Shown in pieces: positions 49,330-59,409 of a DNA stretch of 64,000 nt. Source of the DNA: an uncultured Desulfosarcina sp. (GTDB taxonomy: Bacteria; Desulfobacterota; Desulfobacteria; Desulfobacterales; Desulfosarcinaceae); NCBI GenBank assembly GCA_963674945.2, contig CAXXWQ010000003.1:1568001-1632000 (forward strand), written 5' to 3'. The notes under the pieces were generated by a model. It was given only the letters and a program-made list of their open reading frames with translations, did not search any database and was not told the DNA's origin. The stretch's first letter is position 1. Each line of letters opens with the position of its first letter. Position numbers and translations under genes: made by a program.

Positions 49330-49368
49330 GGCCGTTCCTCCCTGTAGGTCTAAACTGCTATTTTGATA

Positions 49369-49545
49369 CTATTTGGCGGGGTCTTCTTCTGGAGACTCCT
49401 CTCTCCAGTCAATCCCATTTTCCTGCAGATGCTTTTCCGCAGACTGTTTAATTACCGATGAGATGGTGATGAATTGTTTATCAGCCAACTTTTTAAGAGC
49501 AACCTTCATTCGCGGATCGACTTTGACAGAGATGATTGGTTGCAT
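49369..49545 (-). CDS. Ribbon-helix-helix (CopG-like) DNA-binding protein
   Basis: MQPIISVKVDPRMKVALKKLADKQFITISSVIKQ: beta strand plus two helices. Confidence 0.7.
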   Translation of the reverse strand: MQPIISVKVDPRMKVALKKLADKQFITISSVIKQSAEKHLQENGIDWREESPEEDPAK

Positions 49546-49626
49546 ATCAGTTATACATCCCAAAAATCAGACCCGTCAATATCATACCCATCTATGGGGT
49601 GATCGTAACAAGGCGGCAAGAAGACT

Positions 49627-51165
49627 TTAGCCGAAAATCTCTTCGTATTTTTGTTCAATCGCTTGAATTTCACGGTCAGTTAGTTTTGCAAATTCCTTTT
49701 TTTGTCCGCGTTTTGAAAGCTTACCGCTATTTTGAGACAAGAAGCGAATGAGCAAGTCAACAAGATTATCAGGCATATCAATGTGGTTTTTAATGAATTC
49801 ATTTAGCAGGTCATATTTTTTTATATATTCCACCTCATCAGGAAGCGTTTTATTTACAGTTTCCTCAACGCATTCAAAGAAAAACTCAGCCTGTTTTGTT
49901 GCATCAAAATATCGATATAGATCGATGGTCTCGTTTAGAACCTCAACATTATTATTCTCTGTTGGTCGCCATTCAATCAGATCGAGGCGCGGTTTTGAGA
50001 AATGCTCAAGTATTTTACGGTATTCATCTATACGTTCCAAAATGACAGCAGATACGGGAAATATTAATCCTTTTGGAACAAAGTCTTTCTCAGCCAGAAC
50101 ATGGTGAAATAAATAACGGTGAATCCGGCCATTTCCATCTTCAAATGGATGGATAAATACAAAACCAAAAGCGATCAGTGTCGCGATTAGGACCGCATCG
50201 AAATCATCCTTGCAAAGAAGCTCATATGTTTCGATTAACCCGGTCATGAGCGCTTTTAAATCATCCGGCCTGGCAGAAATATGATCAGGCATTGGCATGC
50301 CTGAGCTACGATCATGTTCTCCAACAAAACCGCCTTCCATGCGTATCCCTGGCTCAATAAAACGATTGTCTGCGATAACAATTCCTTGCAGATATTCCAG
50401 TTCAGGAATGTTGAGCTTACGCTGCCCGGCTTCGCCAATTATTCTTCCCCATCGTTCGATCCGGCTGTGAGGCGGGGTTTCCCCTTCAATCGTATAAGAT
50501 GCCTTGGAATCCTCAAACAGCAAAAAAGCCGAAGCGCGGCTCAGTAGAACGGGATGGGTCTGGCCAATATTTTTTATGGCTGTTTCGGATAGTTTCTTGC
50601 CTATATATTGCTCAAGCTTTTTTGTTTTTCGGATCAAAGGGCAAAAATCGCGCGTTCCCGGCAAATTGTTGCGAACCCGATGGCGTTTAGACGGATATGA
50701 TTTCCCTTCATATTGTAGTTTGCTGTTAACGAGAGGAACAAAATTTCCTGCCTGCGCATCTTCAATATCAAGGTGTTGCCCACGTAGCCATTCCCACAAA
50801 AACCATAATTTGCGGCTATACATTCCGGTAGGCTCTGAGCGGATGATTTTCTCAATATCTATGGCTTCAATATCTTGAAACAAGGTATTGAGGACCGCCA
50901 GGTCAATGCCCTCATACTTAAGCGCAAAGGTCAAATGCCCATATAACGTGTCTTCAGGCCTGTGGCGCGGTGTAAAGATATGCCAGCGCTCATAATCGTA
51001 TTTTTTATGTTTCGTCCCAATGGCACAGAGATAGTCCGGCATCGGAACTTTCAGATCATGAGCCTGAATTAGCGCGGAATATCCAGCCAAACGGGCTCCC
51101 TCTTCCAACGCCGGGAAGCCATGAAAAACAGTTACATTCTGTGAAAATTGATTATAGATCGCCAT
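49627..51165 (-). CDS. Large Fic-family protein (AMPylase-type motif, intramolecular inhibitory motif)
   Basis: HPFEDGNGRIHR canonical motif; SYTIEG fits (S/T)xxxE(G/N) N-terminal to it. Confidence 0.9.
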   Translation of the reverse strand: MAIYNQFSQNVTVFHGFPALEEGARLAGYSALIQAHDLKVPMPDYLCAIGTKHKKYDYERWHIFTPRHRPEDTLYGHLTFALKYEGIDLAVLNTLFQDIEAIDIEKIIRSEPTGMYSRKLWFLWEWLRGQHLDIEDAQAGNFVPLVNSKLQYEGKSYPSKRHRVRNNLPGTRDFCPLIRKTKKLEQYIGKKLSETAIKNIGQTHPVLLSRASAFLLFEDSKASYTIEGETPPHSRIERWGRIIGEAGQRKLNIPELEYLQGIVIADNRFIEPGIRMEGGFVGEHDRSSGMPMPDHISARPDDLKALMTGLIETYELLCKDDFDAVLIATLIAFGFVFIHPFEDGNGRIHRYLFHHVLAEKDFVPKGLIFPVSAVILERIDEYRKILEHFSKPRLDLIEWRPTENNNVEVLNETIDLYRYFDATKQAEFFFECVEETVNKTLPDEVEYIKKYDLLNEFIKNHIDMPDNLVDLLIRFLSQNSGKLSKRGQKKEFAKLTDREIQAIEQKYEEIFG

Positions 51166-51502
51166 ATTTGTGAATTCCAATTTTAATTGCGTGGATTATT
51201 ATCACATGAAAAATGATTATTGTCTATGAATACCGATTAAATATTATGTTTTTATATGAAAAATAGTTTTTTGCATGAGGTCTTACCGTTTGCGAAGATT
51301 GTTTTTGTGCCCACCGTTACCAGGGCAGGATTTTTATCTTGGAGCCCTCTGAGACGTGATATAGGATAAAGTTGCGTATCAGGTCGAGGAACCGTTTTTT
51401 TCAAAGATGTTGTTATAGAAGGACATCTTGAACCGTAGGTTCTGAAAATGCCGAAAACGCCGGTGTGGAGAAAAACGAAAATGGAAAAAGGTGTACCAAT
51501 TT

Positions 51503-53958
51503 CAGGAAACTTGATTTCCTAATTGTTGCATATGGCAAGCAAAACATAATGTAAGTGGTTGAAAAACAGAAAGATAGGAGTCTGAATCCAGCAGGCCGGT
51601 AAGGTATTGCAACCGGAAAATGAACATGGCACCTTTAACCTTATTATCTTGGCGGATAAATGAAAGGAAAAGGATGCCATGCCTCAACAGATACTACCAC
51701 TTATTCCTCGGGGTGCAAGACAAATCAACGGGCTTGTCAGTGTATTTCGTGACGATACGACCTGGACCTATTTTCTATCGACCGTTCCGATTTATTCTCA
51801 CAGACAAGGCGATCAACGAATGTTTCGGATGATAACAGCCCAACTGGTTGAATCCGGAGCTTGCCGCCAGATCGATATCCAAAACACATTCGGCGTATCC
51901 AAGAGCAATGTCATCCGATCCGTGAACAAACTCAGGTCCGGCGGCGCCGAGGCATTTTTCGTTCAGCGGCGGGGACGACGCGGCGGCAAGGTTTTCAAAC
52001 CTGAGGTGCTTGAACAAGCCCAACGTTTACTGGATCAAGGGTGCTCGAAAAAAGATGCCGCCCTGGAACTTGGCATTAAATACGATACGTTTCGCAAAGC
52101 TATAGATGATGGTCGGTTAATCGAATCAAGGATTGGTGAACCGTGTCTAACCAAATCAGATCGGGACATGGTCGACATGGCTGCTGCCGATGGTATGGGG
52201 ACGGCTTGCAACCGAGTCGGGGAACGCATATTGGCATCATTGGGCAAAATGGTTGGTGCGCCGGTTCGTTTTGACAGATGCCTGGACGTTCCCAAAGCAG
52301 GCGTTCTTTGTGCGATACCGTCATTGGTGGCAAACGGGTTGTTTACCGGCGCAAAACAGTTCCTCGGCCAAGTCAAAGGCTATTACACGATCTTTCATGT
52401 CTTGTTGCTGCTTTCGTTTATGGCCTTATGCAGGATCAAGACGACAGAAAAAATACGAGGCCATGCTCCGGGAGAATTTGGTAAGTTATTGGGCTTGGAT
52501 CGTGCACCGGAGGTTCGCTGTTTGCGTTACAAGATGGATGCGTTGAGCGCAGACCACGGCGCGGAAAAGTGGGCCGCATACCTCGGTAAATACTGGATGG
52601 AACAGGCGCCCGAATCGGTTGGCGCGCTTTATGTTGACGGGCATGTACGTGTTTATCATGGAAAATTGACCCGACTACCGCGCCGCTACGTGTCCCGGGA
52701 ACGATTGTGCATGAGGGGCATTACCGACTATTGGGTTAACGATGCGATTGGCCGACCTTTTTTTGTCGTCGAAAAGCAGATCGATCCTGGATTATTGGCG
52801 GTTTTAAGAGACGATATCGTTCCCCGGTTGTTGCAAGACGTTCCGAATCAACCCGGTTTGCAGCAACTACAAGAGAACCCATGTTTATGCCGGTTCGTTC
52901 TTGTTTTCGACAGGGAAGGATATAGTCCCGCATTCTTCAAGGAAATGTGGGATCGCCATCGAATCGGCTGCATGACGTATCATAAGCATCCTGGTGAATC
53001 ATGGCCGGAGCATTGGTTCACCGAGCATGAAGTTGCGATGCCAAACAAAGAGGTGGTGAAGATGCGGCTTTGCGAAATGGGTAGTTTGGTGGGATCTGGT
53101 AAGGGTGCAACATGGATGCGACAAGTGCGAAAACTGACCGATTCCGGACACCAGACCAGCGTAATCAGCACCGCTTTCGATTTGCCGCATACTCAATTGG
53201 CAGCACGCATGTTCAGCCGGTGGTGTCAGGAAAACTTTTTCAACTATATGATGCAACATTTTGATATCGATGTGCTTTTAGATTATGGTGTCGTTGAATT
53301 TCCTGATACCGAACGGGTAATCAACCCCGTTTGGCGGCAATTGAATCAATCCCGTAATTCGTTGCAGAACAAGCTACGATATCGTCGTGCCTGTTTTGCC
53401 GAGATGACCATTCACCCTGAAAATGAAGACAAACCGGTAAAGTTTAAGAAGTGGATAGAGAAAAAGGCCGAGCTGTTAGAAGAAATCGAAAAGATGGAGT
53501 ATCAACTCAGCGAGTTGAAAGAAAAACGAAAACAGACAAGTAAACACATCACGTGGGGAGAACTTGAAGCAAAAGATAAATTTTTACGTTTACAACCGGG
53601 CAGAAAACGCCTGATGGACACGGTTCGTATGATTGCATATCGTGCAGAGACGGCAATGGTTGGGTTGCTCACGGGTCCGACGGTAAACTCGTCGGATGCA
53701 CGGAGTCTTCTCCAGACACTGTTCCAGACCGAAGGCGATGTACTGCCCGATATTGAAAATCAGCAATTGAATATACGATTGCACGGCGCTTCGTTCCCAG
53801 CGGCCAATCGGGCTCTTTGCCAACTGTTTGCGCATCTGAACAGTGCGCAGGTAAAATACCCCGGTACCGAGCTGCAAATGATATTCGAACTAAATGGCTG
53901 CAGCACCTCAAATCATGCCGGAGGTGTCACATAGTTTTCCCGGAGATGCAGTGTTCTG
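51503..53958 (+). mobile_element. Insertion sequence of uncertain family, 2456 bp
   Basis: Ends CAGGAAACTTGATTTCC / (reverse complement) CAGAACACTGCATCTCC form imperfect IRs; 5-bp duplication AATTT at 51498-51502 and 53959-53963. Confidence 0.72.
51679..53934 (+). CDS. Putative DDE transposase, 751 aa, with N-terminal HTH domains
   Basis: YVDGH, LVFDREG, RWCQENFF as candidate D-D-E; fills the IR-bounded element. Confidence 0.8.
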   Translation: MPQQILPLIPRGARQINGLVSVFRDDTTWTYFLSTVPIYSHRQGDQRMFRMITAQLVESGACRQIDIQNTFGVSKSNVIRSVNKLRSGGAEAFFVQRRGRRGGKVFKPEVLEQAQRLLDQGCSKKDAALELGIKYDTFRKAIDDGRLIESRIGEPCLTKSDRDMVDMAAADGMGTACNRVGERILASLGKMVGAPVRFDRCLDVPKAGVLCAIPSLVANGLFTGAKQFLGQVKGYYTIFHVLLLLSFMALCRIKTTEKIRGHAPGEFGKLLGLDRAPEVRCLRYKMDALSADHGAEKWAAYLGKYWMEQAPESVGALYVDGHVRVYHGKLTRLPRRYVSRERLCMRGITDYWVNDAIGRPFFVVEKQIDPGLLAVLRDDIVPRLLQDVPNQPGLQQLQENPCLCRFVLVFDREGYSPAFFKEMWDRHRIGCMTYHKHPGESWPEHWFTEHEVAMPNKEVVKMRLCEMGSLVGSGKGATWMRQVRKLTDSGHQTSVISTAFDLPHTQLAARMFSRWCQENFFNYMMQHFDIDVLLDYGVVEFPDTERVINPVWRQLNQSRNSLQNKLRYRRACFAEMTIHPENEDKPVKFKKWIEKKAELLEEIEKMEYQLSELKEKRKQTSKHITWGELEAKDKFLRLQPGRKRLMDTVRMIAYRAETAMVGLLTGPTVNSSDARSLLQTLFQTEGDVLPDIENQQLNIRLHGASFPAANRALCQLFAHLNSAQVKYPGTELQMIFELNGCSTSNHAGGVT

Positions 53959-53988
53959 AATTTTGTCCCACTCGACGAATACAGACGT

Positions 53989-54025
53989 AAAAAAGGGCTT
54001 AGGAAATGTCCTAAGCCCTTTTTTT
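53989..54025 (-). terminator. Intrinsic terminator downstream of tRNA-Met
   Basis: AAAAAAGGGCTTAGGA-aatg-TCCTAAGCCCTTTTTT perfect hairpin immediately beyond the CCA end. Confidence 0.85.
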
Positions 54026-54029
54026 GGTT

Positions 54030-54106
<77 letters not shown>

Positions 54107-54207
54107 TCAATTGTAAAAAATGAATATAGGGGAAATCCCTCTTTTTGTCAAGATATGAATTAAGAATCCGACCGTTTTCTTCTTTTTCTCGTGAAATGAT
54201 TGAACGG

Positions 54208-54522
54208 CTATTGGCCGGCCCAGGCCATGAGCTTGCCTCGGATGGCCCTGCGCTGGGCCTCATTTCCGGAACATTGCACCAACACCTGCTTGTCCCGCCC
54301 GGTGTGGCCGGATACGATGGAAATCGATGATTTGGCAACGCCCAGCCCCTTGGCCAGAAATGACTGGCAGGCCTTGTTGGCGGCATTGTCCACCGGTGGT
54401 GCCGTAAGCATGACCTTGAGCCTGTCGCCGTACACCCCCACCACCTTGTTTCTCGACGACCGGGGCTGGACACGGATCTTGAAGGTCAGTCCGCCCGGTT
54501 TTTCATTGATTTCAAAAGGCAT
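54208..54522 (-). CDS. yggU: DUF167/YggU-family protein
   Basis: IRVQPRSSRN, LTAPPVDNAAN, IVSGHTGRDK. Confidence 0.9.
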   Translation of the reverse strand: MPFEINEKPGGLTFKIRVQPRSSRNKVVGVYGDRLKVMLTAPPVDNAANKACQSFLAKGLGVAKSSISIVSGHTGRDKQVLVQCSGNEAQRRAIRGKLMAWAGQ

Positions 54523-54967
54523 CGGATTCTGTTTCTTCTGCCGGTCGACTCATTTTTTTAATCAACTCCCGGATGAATCCCGGCGGGCGGACCACCTTTC
54601 CCTGGTCGTTGATAAACGCATGGCGGGTGGTACCGGTGGTGTGAACCACGGTGCCATCCTCATTGGTGATGGTGTAGTCGAACTGAATGCCGGCGCGAAA
54701 TCCGGTATTGACTTTCGTCTCGATGACGAGCAGGTCGTCGTATCGCGCCGGATGGACATACCTGCAGGTGACTTCGGAAACGGGGAGCATGAGCCCCTGG
54801 GCCTCGATCTTCTTGTAGGGCAGTCCCAGGTGGCGGAACAATTCGTTTCTTCCCATCTCGAACCAGCGAAGGTAGTTGGCATGGTAGACGACACCCATGG
54901 TATCCGTGTCGCCGTAGATTACCCGATAGGTCGTCCGGTGGGTCAGAGCAGGTGTATGAGAATCCAT
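54512..54967 (-). CDS. Acyl-CoA thioesterase (YbgC/4HBT family)
   Basis: RVIYGDTDTMGVVYHANYLRWFEMGR, PARYDD. Confidence 0.92.
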   Translation of the reverse strand: MDSHTPALTHRTTYRVIYGDTDTMGVVYHANYLRWFEMGRNELFRHLGLPYKKIEAQGLMLPVSEVTCRYVHPARYDDLLVIETKVNTGFRAGIQFDYTITNEDGTVVHTTGTTRHAFINDQGKVVRPPGFIRELIKKMSRPAEETESDAF

Positions 54968-54983
54968 GAAAACCTGTAATTGT

Positions 54984-55589
54984 TTAAGAGGACAGCGCCG
55001 CGCTGAAAATATTTTTGAGTTCGTCATAGGAGGTGGTAACGGGAAACTGGGGAAATTCGTCGATCACGTTCTGGGGAGGAGAGAACAAGATGCCCTGGTC
55101 CGCCTCCTTGAGCATTTCCACGTCGTTGTAGGAATCACCCATGGCGAGGACTTTGTAATTCAGCTCCTTGAATGCCAGGACAGCCTTTTTCTTCGCGTCT
55201 TTCTGTCGCAGGTTGTAGCCGGCGATGGCGCCCTTTTCATCGATGGTGAGATCGTGACAGAGCAGCGTGGGCCATCCCAACTTCTCCATCAATGGACGGG
55301 CAAATTCCACGTAGGTGTCCGACACGACGATCACCTGGGTTCGAAAGCGCAACCAATCCAGAAACTCCCGTGCGCCGGGAAGCGGATCCATGGTGGCAAT
55401 CACGTCGGTGATGTCCGAAAGTTTCAATCCGTTGGCATCCAAAATTGACAGGCGTCGCTTCATCAGCGCATCGTAGTCGGAGATGTCCCGGGTCGTGAGG
55501 CGAAGATCGTCGATCCCGGTACGCTCGGCCACGCTGATCCAGATCTCCGGAACGAAAACCCCTTCAAGGTCTGAACAGACTAGGTGCAT
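54984..55589 (-). CDS. thrH: Phosphoserine phosphatase / homoserine phosphotransferase
   Basis: DLEGVFVPEIW, TTRD, SDT, GDSYND; TAAGGAG RBS; downstream of hom. Confidence 0.93.
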   Translation of the reverse strand: MHLVCSDLEGVFVPEIWISVAERTGIDDLRLTTRDISDYDALMKRRLSILDANGLKLSDITDVIATMDPLPGAREFLDWLRFRTQVIVVSDTYVEFARPLMEKLGWPTLLCHDLTIDEKGAIAGYNLRQKDAKKKAVLAFKELNYKVLAMGDSYNDVEMLKEADQGILFSPPQNVIDEFPQFPVTTSYDELKNIFSAALSS

Positions 55590-55612
55590 GTCACTCCTTA
55601 AAAAGTGAGGCA

Positions 55613-55777
55613 ATTTCAAAATGTCCCCTCGGACTCAATATCGGCGTTGGGGCGAGCTGTCCAATCCTCGAAATACTAGATGTATGTCTGCGGTTGGTCG
55701 CCTCACCCCGCCTTCGGTCTTCGCCTTTCGGCTAGGCCCCGACACGTAATCTTGAGCCCGATTGAACATCTTGAAAT
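55613..55777. repeat. MITE-like intergenic element with about 29-bp imperfect terminal inverted repeats
   Basis: ATTTCAAAATGTCCCCTCGGACTCAATAT versus the reverse complement of 55749-55777, ATTTCAAGATGTTCAATCGGGCTCAAGAT. Confidence 0.65.
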
Positions 55778-55870
55778 CACCGCAAATGATCTTGAATTTT
55801 TATCAAAACCGTCCGAAATCCGATTTTTTGGGAACTCGTTGATCAAGGCAAATAAGAGATCTTTTTTATA

Positions 55871-55919
55871 AAAAGCTTTTCCCCATTTTGACCATCGGTG
55901 AAAATGGGGAAAACTTTTT
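55871..55919 (-). terminator. Hairpin terminator after hom
   Basis: AAAAG.TTTTCCCCATTTT ... AAAATGGGGAAAA.CTTTT inverted repeat. Confidence 0.7.
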
Positions 55920-55925
55920 AGTTCA

Positions 55926-57242
55926 TCAGTCTTGCGCCCCGTCGTCTTCGATGCGAATCAGCATGGGATCGCCGGCCACCACCTCCAAAGAGGCGATCTC
56001 GGTGAGTGCACGGGCCACAGCCGCCTCCCGGGCATGATGGGTCAGCATGACCACCGGAACGGAACCAGTGGTTTTCCTGCCCTTCTGGTGGACGGATTTC
56101 AGACTGATCTCATGCTTCCCCAGGATGCCGGAAATCGCCGCCAGGACACCGGGGCGGTCCACTGCATCGAAACGAAAATAGTAATTGGTAACGATATCGT
56201 CCATGGGCATGACGGGGATAGGCCGGATCGTGTCCGGCTGAAATCCCATCACCGGTATCCGTCCCGCCTTTCCTGTGGCCAGATTTCTGGCGATATCCGC
56301 CAGATCCGACACCACCGCGCTGGCCGTGGGCATCATTCCCGCGCCGTGGCCGTAGAGCAGGATATCCTCCACCGCATCGGCGGATACACTGATGGCGTTC
56401 AAGGTGCCGTTGACGTTGGAGAGCATGTTGTCGAAAGGAATCATGGTGGGATGCACCCGTGCCTCGACGGCCTTCCCATCGAATTTGGTGATGGCCAGAA
56501 GCTTGATCCGGTAGCCGAACTGGGCGGCAAATGCGATATCCAACGGTGTGATCTTGGAAATGCCCTCGATGTAGACATCATCGAAATTGATCTTCATACC
56601 AAAGGCCAGCGCCGATAAAATCGCAAGTTTATGGGCCGCATCATGCCCCTCCACGTCCAGGGTGGGGTCCGCTTCCGCATATCCCTTTGCCTGGGCCTCG
56701 GCCAGGGCCGTTTCAAAATCCACCCCTTCGTCGGTGATCTTGGAGAGAATATAGTTGCAGGTGCCGTTGAGAATCCCGGTCATGGAATGGATGCGGTTGC
56801 CCACCAGCGATTCCCTCACCGTCTTGATGATGGGCATGCAGCCGCCGACGCTGGCCTCATAGGCCAGGTCCACGTTCTTTTCCGTTGCCGCGGCGATGAT
56901 GGCATTGCCATGCTTTGCCAAAAGCGCCTTGTTGGCGGTCACCACATGCTTTCCCCTGTCGATGGCGTCGAGGATCAACGCCTTGGCAATGCCATCGCCG
57001 CCGATGGTCTCCACGACGATATCCACGCCGGGATCGGCGATGGCCGCTTTCGCATCCGGAATCATCACGCCGGGCTTGAGAGAAAGGCCGCGATCCGTTT
57101 CCATGTCGATGTCCGCCACGTATTTCAGATTCAGTTGCAACCCGACGCGATCGCGAATAATATCTGCATTTTCCAGCAAAAGACGGGCCACACCGGTTCC
57201 CACGGTGCCGCAACCCAAAATTGCAATGTTGACCTGTTTCAT
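55926..57242 (-). CDS. hom: Homoserine dehydrogenase with C-terminal ACT domain
   Basis: LGCGTVGTG, HVVTANKA, YEASVGG, GILNGTCN, GYAEADP, DRPGVLA; start MKQVNI at 57242. Confidence 0.96.
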   Translation of the reverse strand: MKQVNIAILGCGTVGTGVARLLLENADIIRDRVGLQLNLKYVADIDMETDRGLSLKPGVMIPDAKAAIADPGVDIVVETIGGDGIAKALILDAIDRGKHVVTANKALLAKHGNAIIAAATEKNVDLAYEASVGGCMPIIKTVRESLVGNRIHSMTGILNGTCNYILSKITDEGVDFETALAEAQAKGYAEADPTLDVEGHDAAHKLAILSALAFGMKINFDDVYIEGISKITPLDIAFAAQFGYRIKLLAITKFDGKAVEARVHPTMIPFDNMLSNVNGTLNAISVSADAVEDILLYGHGAGMMPTASAVVSDLADIARNLATGKAGRIPVMGFQPDTIRPIPVMPMDDIVTNYYFRFDAVDRPGVLAAISGILGKHEISLKSVHQKGRKTTGSVPVVMLTHHAREAAVARALTEIASLEVVAGDPMLIRIEDDGAQD

Positions 57243-57406
57243 GTCCGGTTCATTCCTGATATGCGTTGGTGATCGGTCATTCTCCCGATGACAAAATACC
57301 TTATTTCTTATGAGCCCGATAGTAAAGTCAATAATAAATCGGTGCGAATTGACATTGAAGATTCCGATCTCATTATATCGAAATAACCAATTGAAGGTAT
57401 AGGAAC

Positions 57407-59140
57407 ATGACCGTTGATAAACCGGAACTGACATGCGCCACTTTGATATACCGGAACTTTGCCGATTATCAAAATCGCTTTCTGCACATCAGCCGCCGGG
57501 CTGCAAAACGCTTCATGGGCCGAGAGTGGACAAAACTCCAGGCAGACAACACGGAAAGGCTTCACCTATACACAACAGCGGTCGACCAAACGGTGGATGA
57601 AATTCGAAATCTGTTGAAAAATGATACCACCGACATGACCGTCTGGACGGCCGTCAAAAAAGCCTTTGCCGTTATCATCGACACGACGAAGGACCGGGCT
57701 ATTGCAGAAACCTTCTTCAATTCGACCACCCGTCGCATCTTCGGGACAATCGGCGTAAATCCCAGGATCGAATTCATTCATGAAGAGCATCCGTCCGTTC
57801 TGTCACAGCCATCCGGTTCCATTTACAAATCCCATGCAGTACCGGAAAACCCTGAATCCGTTATTCGGCAAATCCTCATGGACGGTGAGGAGATCCAATT
57901 ATCGACCGACGCCGGCGAAAAGGCCCTGCCACGGATCGTCAGTCGGATCAGCGCCCATCTGAAAGCGATGGGGGATGACAATCGCACGGTTCGTATCGAT
58001 ATGATCCGCCCTACGTTCTACCGGGGGCAGGGTGCCTATCGGATCGGGCGAATCGTGGCGGGTGACCGGATTACGCCGTTGGCAGTGGCCCTGCTCCACC
58101 CGGTCCATGGCGTGGCCGTGGATGCCCTTTTGATGGATTCGGATGCGGTAAGCATCCTCTTTTCCTACACCCGATCGGCCTTTCATGTGGACACCAAGGA
58201 CCCTTGCGAACTCGTGGCGTTTCTCCAATCCATCATCCCAGGGAAACCCCAAGCCGAGATCTACTCGTCCATCGGATATTTCAAACACGGCAAGACCATC
58301 CTCTACCGGGACCTTTGCCGCCGCACGGCCGAATGCACCGATGAACGGTTTCGCATATCTCCCGGCAAAAAAGGAATGGTCATGGTGGTCTTCGACATGG
58401 CCGGTTACGAGATGGTGGTCAAGCTGATCCGGGACCGTTTCGAAAATCCCAAGAAGGTTACCCGCACCAAGGTAATGCAGCAGTACGACTTCGTCTTTCA
58501 TCACTATCGCGTGGGCCGGCTCATCGAGGCCAACGGTTTCGAGCGCCTCACTTTCGAACGCTGCTGGTTCTCAGAGGATCTCATCCAGCTGCTTTCCACC
58601 GAGGCCAAAGAGACCGTTCGCGTGGAAAAGGATCGGGTGGTTCTCGAGCATGCCTACCTGGAACGAAAGGTAAGGCCCCTTGACATCTACCTGGAGGAGG
58701 AAAGCCCGGAAAATATGGACGATGCCGTGGTGGATTTCGGAAACGCCATCAAGGACCTTGCCTATGCCAACATCTTCCCCGGCGACATGCTTTTGAAGAA
58801 TTTCGGCGTTACCCGCCATGGCCGTGTGGTCTTTTACGACTATGACGAAATCGTTCCATTGACCGCGTGCCGGTTCAGAAAGATCCCCCAACCTCGGTCC
58901 TTCATGGAGGAGATGGCGGACGAGCCTTGGTACACCATAGGGGAGAACGATGTCTTTCCAGAGCAATTCTCCCGGTTTCTCGGCCTCAGCCCACGGCACA
59001 AGGATCTGTTCTTGCGCCGGCACGCCGATCTTCTGCAACCGGAGTTCTGGATCGACATCCAGAAACAGATCCGCGCGGGACACATTCGGCACGTTCGCCC
59101 GTATCGATCACGGTATCGATTGGATCGGCCGTCACCGTAA
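57407..59140 (+). CDS. aceK: Isocitrate dehydrogenase kinase/phosphatase
   Basis: AETFFNS, KHGKT, PGKKGMVM.VF, NIFPGDMLLKNFGVTRHGRVVFYDYDEI. Confidence 0.95.
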   Translation: MTVDKPELTCATLIYRNFADYQNRFLHISRRAAKRFMGREWTKLQADNTERLHLYTTAVDQTVDEIRNLLKNDTTDMTVWTAVKKAFAVIIDTTKDRAIAETFFNSTTRRIFGTIGVNPRIEFIHEEHPSVLSQPSGSIYKSHAVPENPESVIRQILMDGEEIQLSTDAGEKALPRIVSRISAHLKAMGDDNRTVRIDMIRPTFYRGQGAYRIGRIVAGDRITPLAVALLHPVHGVAVDALLMDSDAVSILFSYTRSAFHVDTKDPCELVAFLQSIIPGKPQAEIYSSIGYFKHGKTILYRDLCRRTAECTDERFRISPGKKGMVMVVFDMAGYEMVVKLIRDRFENPKKVTRTKVMQQYDFVFHHYRVGRLIEANGFERLTFERCWFSEDLIQLLSTEAKETVRVEKDRVVLEHAYLERKVRPLDIYLEEESPENMDDAVVDFGNAIKDLAYANIFPGDMLLKNFGVTRHGRVVFYDYDEIVPLTACRFRKIPQPRSFMEEMADEPWYTIGENDVFPEQFSRFLGLSPRHKDLFLRRHADLLQPEFWIDIQKQIRAGHIRHVRPYRSRYRLDRPSP

Positions 59141-59409
59141 AGGCCTCGACAATCGCCCATTTAGGGTTTATCTTTTAAATTACTGCTGTCGTTCTTCGGC
59201 TTTGCAGAGCGAGCAGAAATTCAGATTCCACTTATCCGTTCGCGTTCATTTCGTTTTACAAGGTCCGCGGCACCCGTTCGAATTGTCCGTTCGTTTCATT
59301 CCTTCACGATGCCATGCGAGATCCAGGTCGCGGCCGAAACCCCATGATCCATGCGTTCACGTTCCAATCCGGCTACCATGCAATGGTAGCGAAAAAAAGG
59401 AGGAATCAG

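Noticed and set aside
57243..57434. N-terminal extension of hom in the ORF track
   Set aside because: Overlaps the aceK start and the divergent promoter region; the Rossmann motif begins right after ATG 57242.
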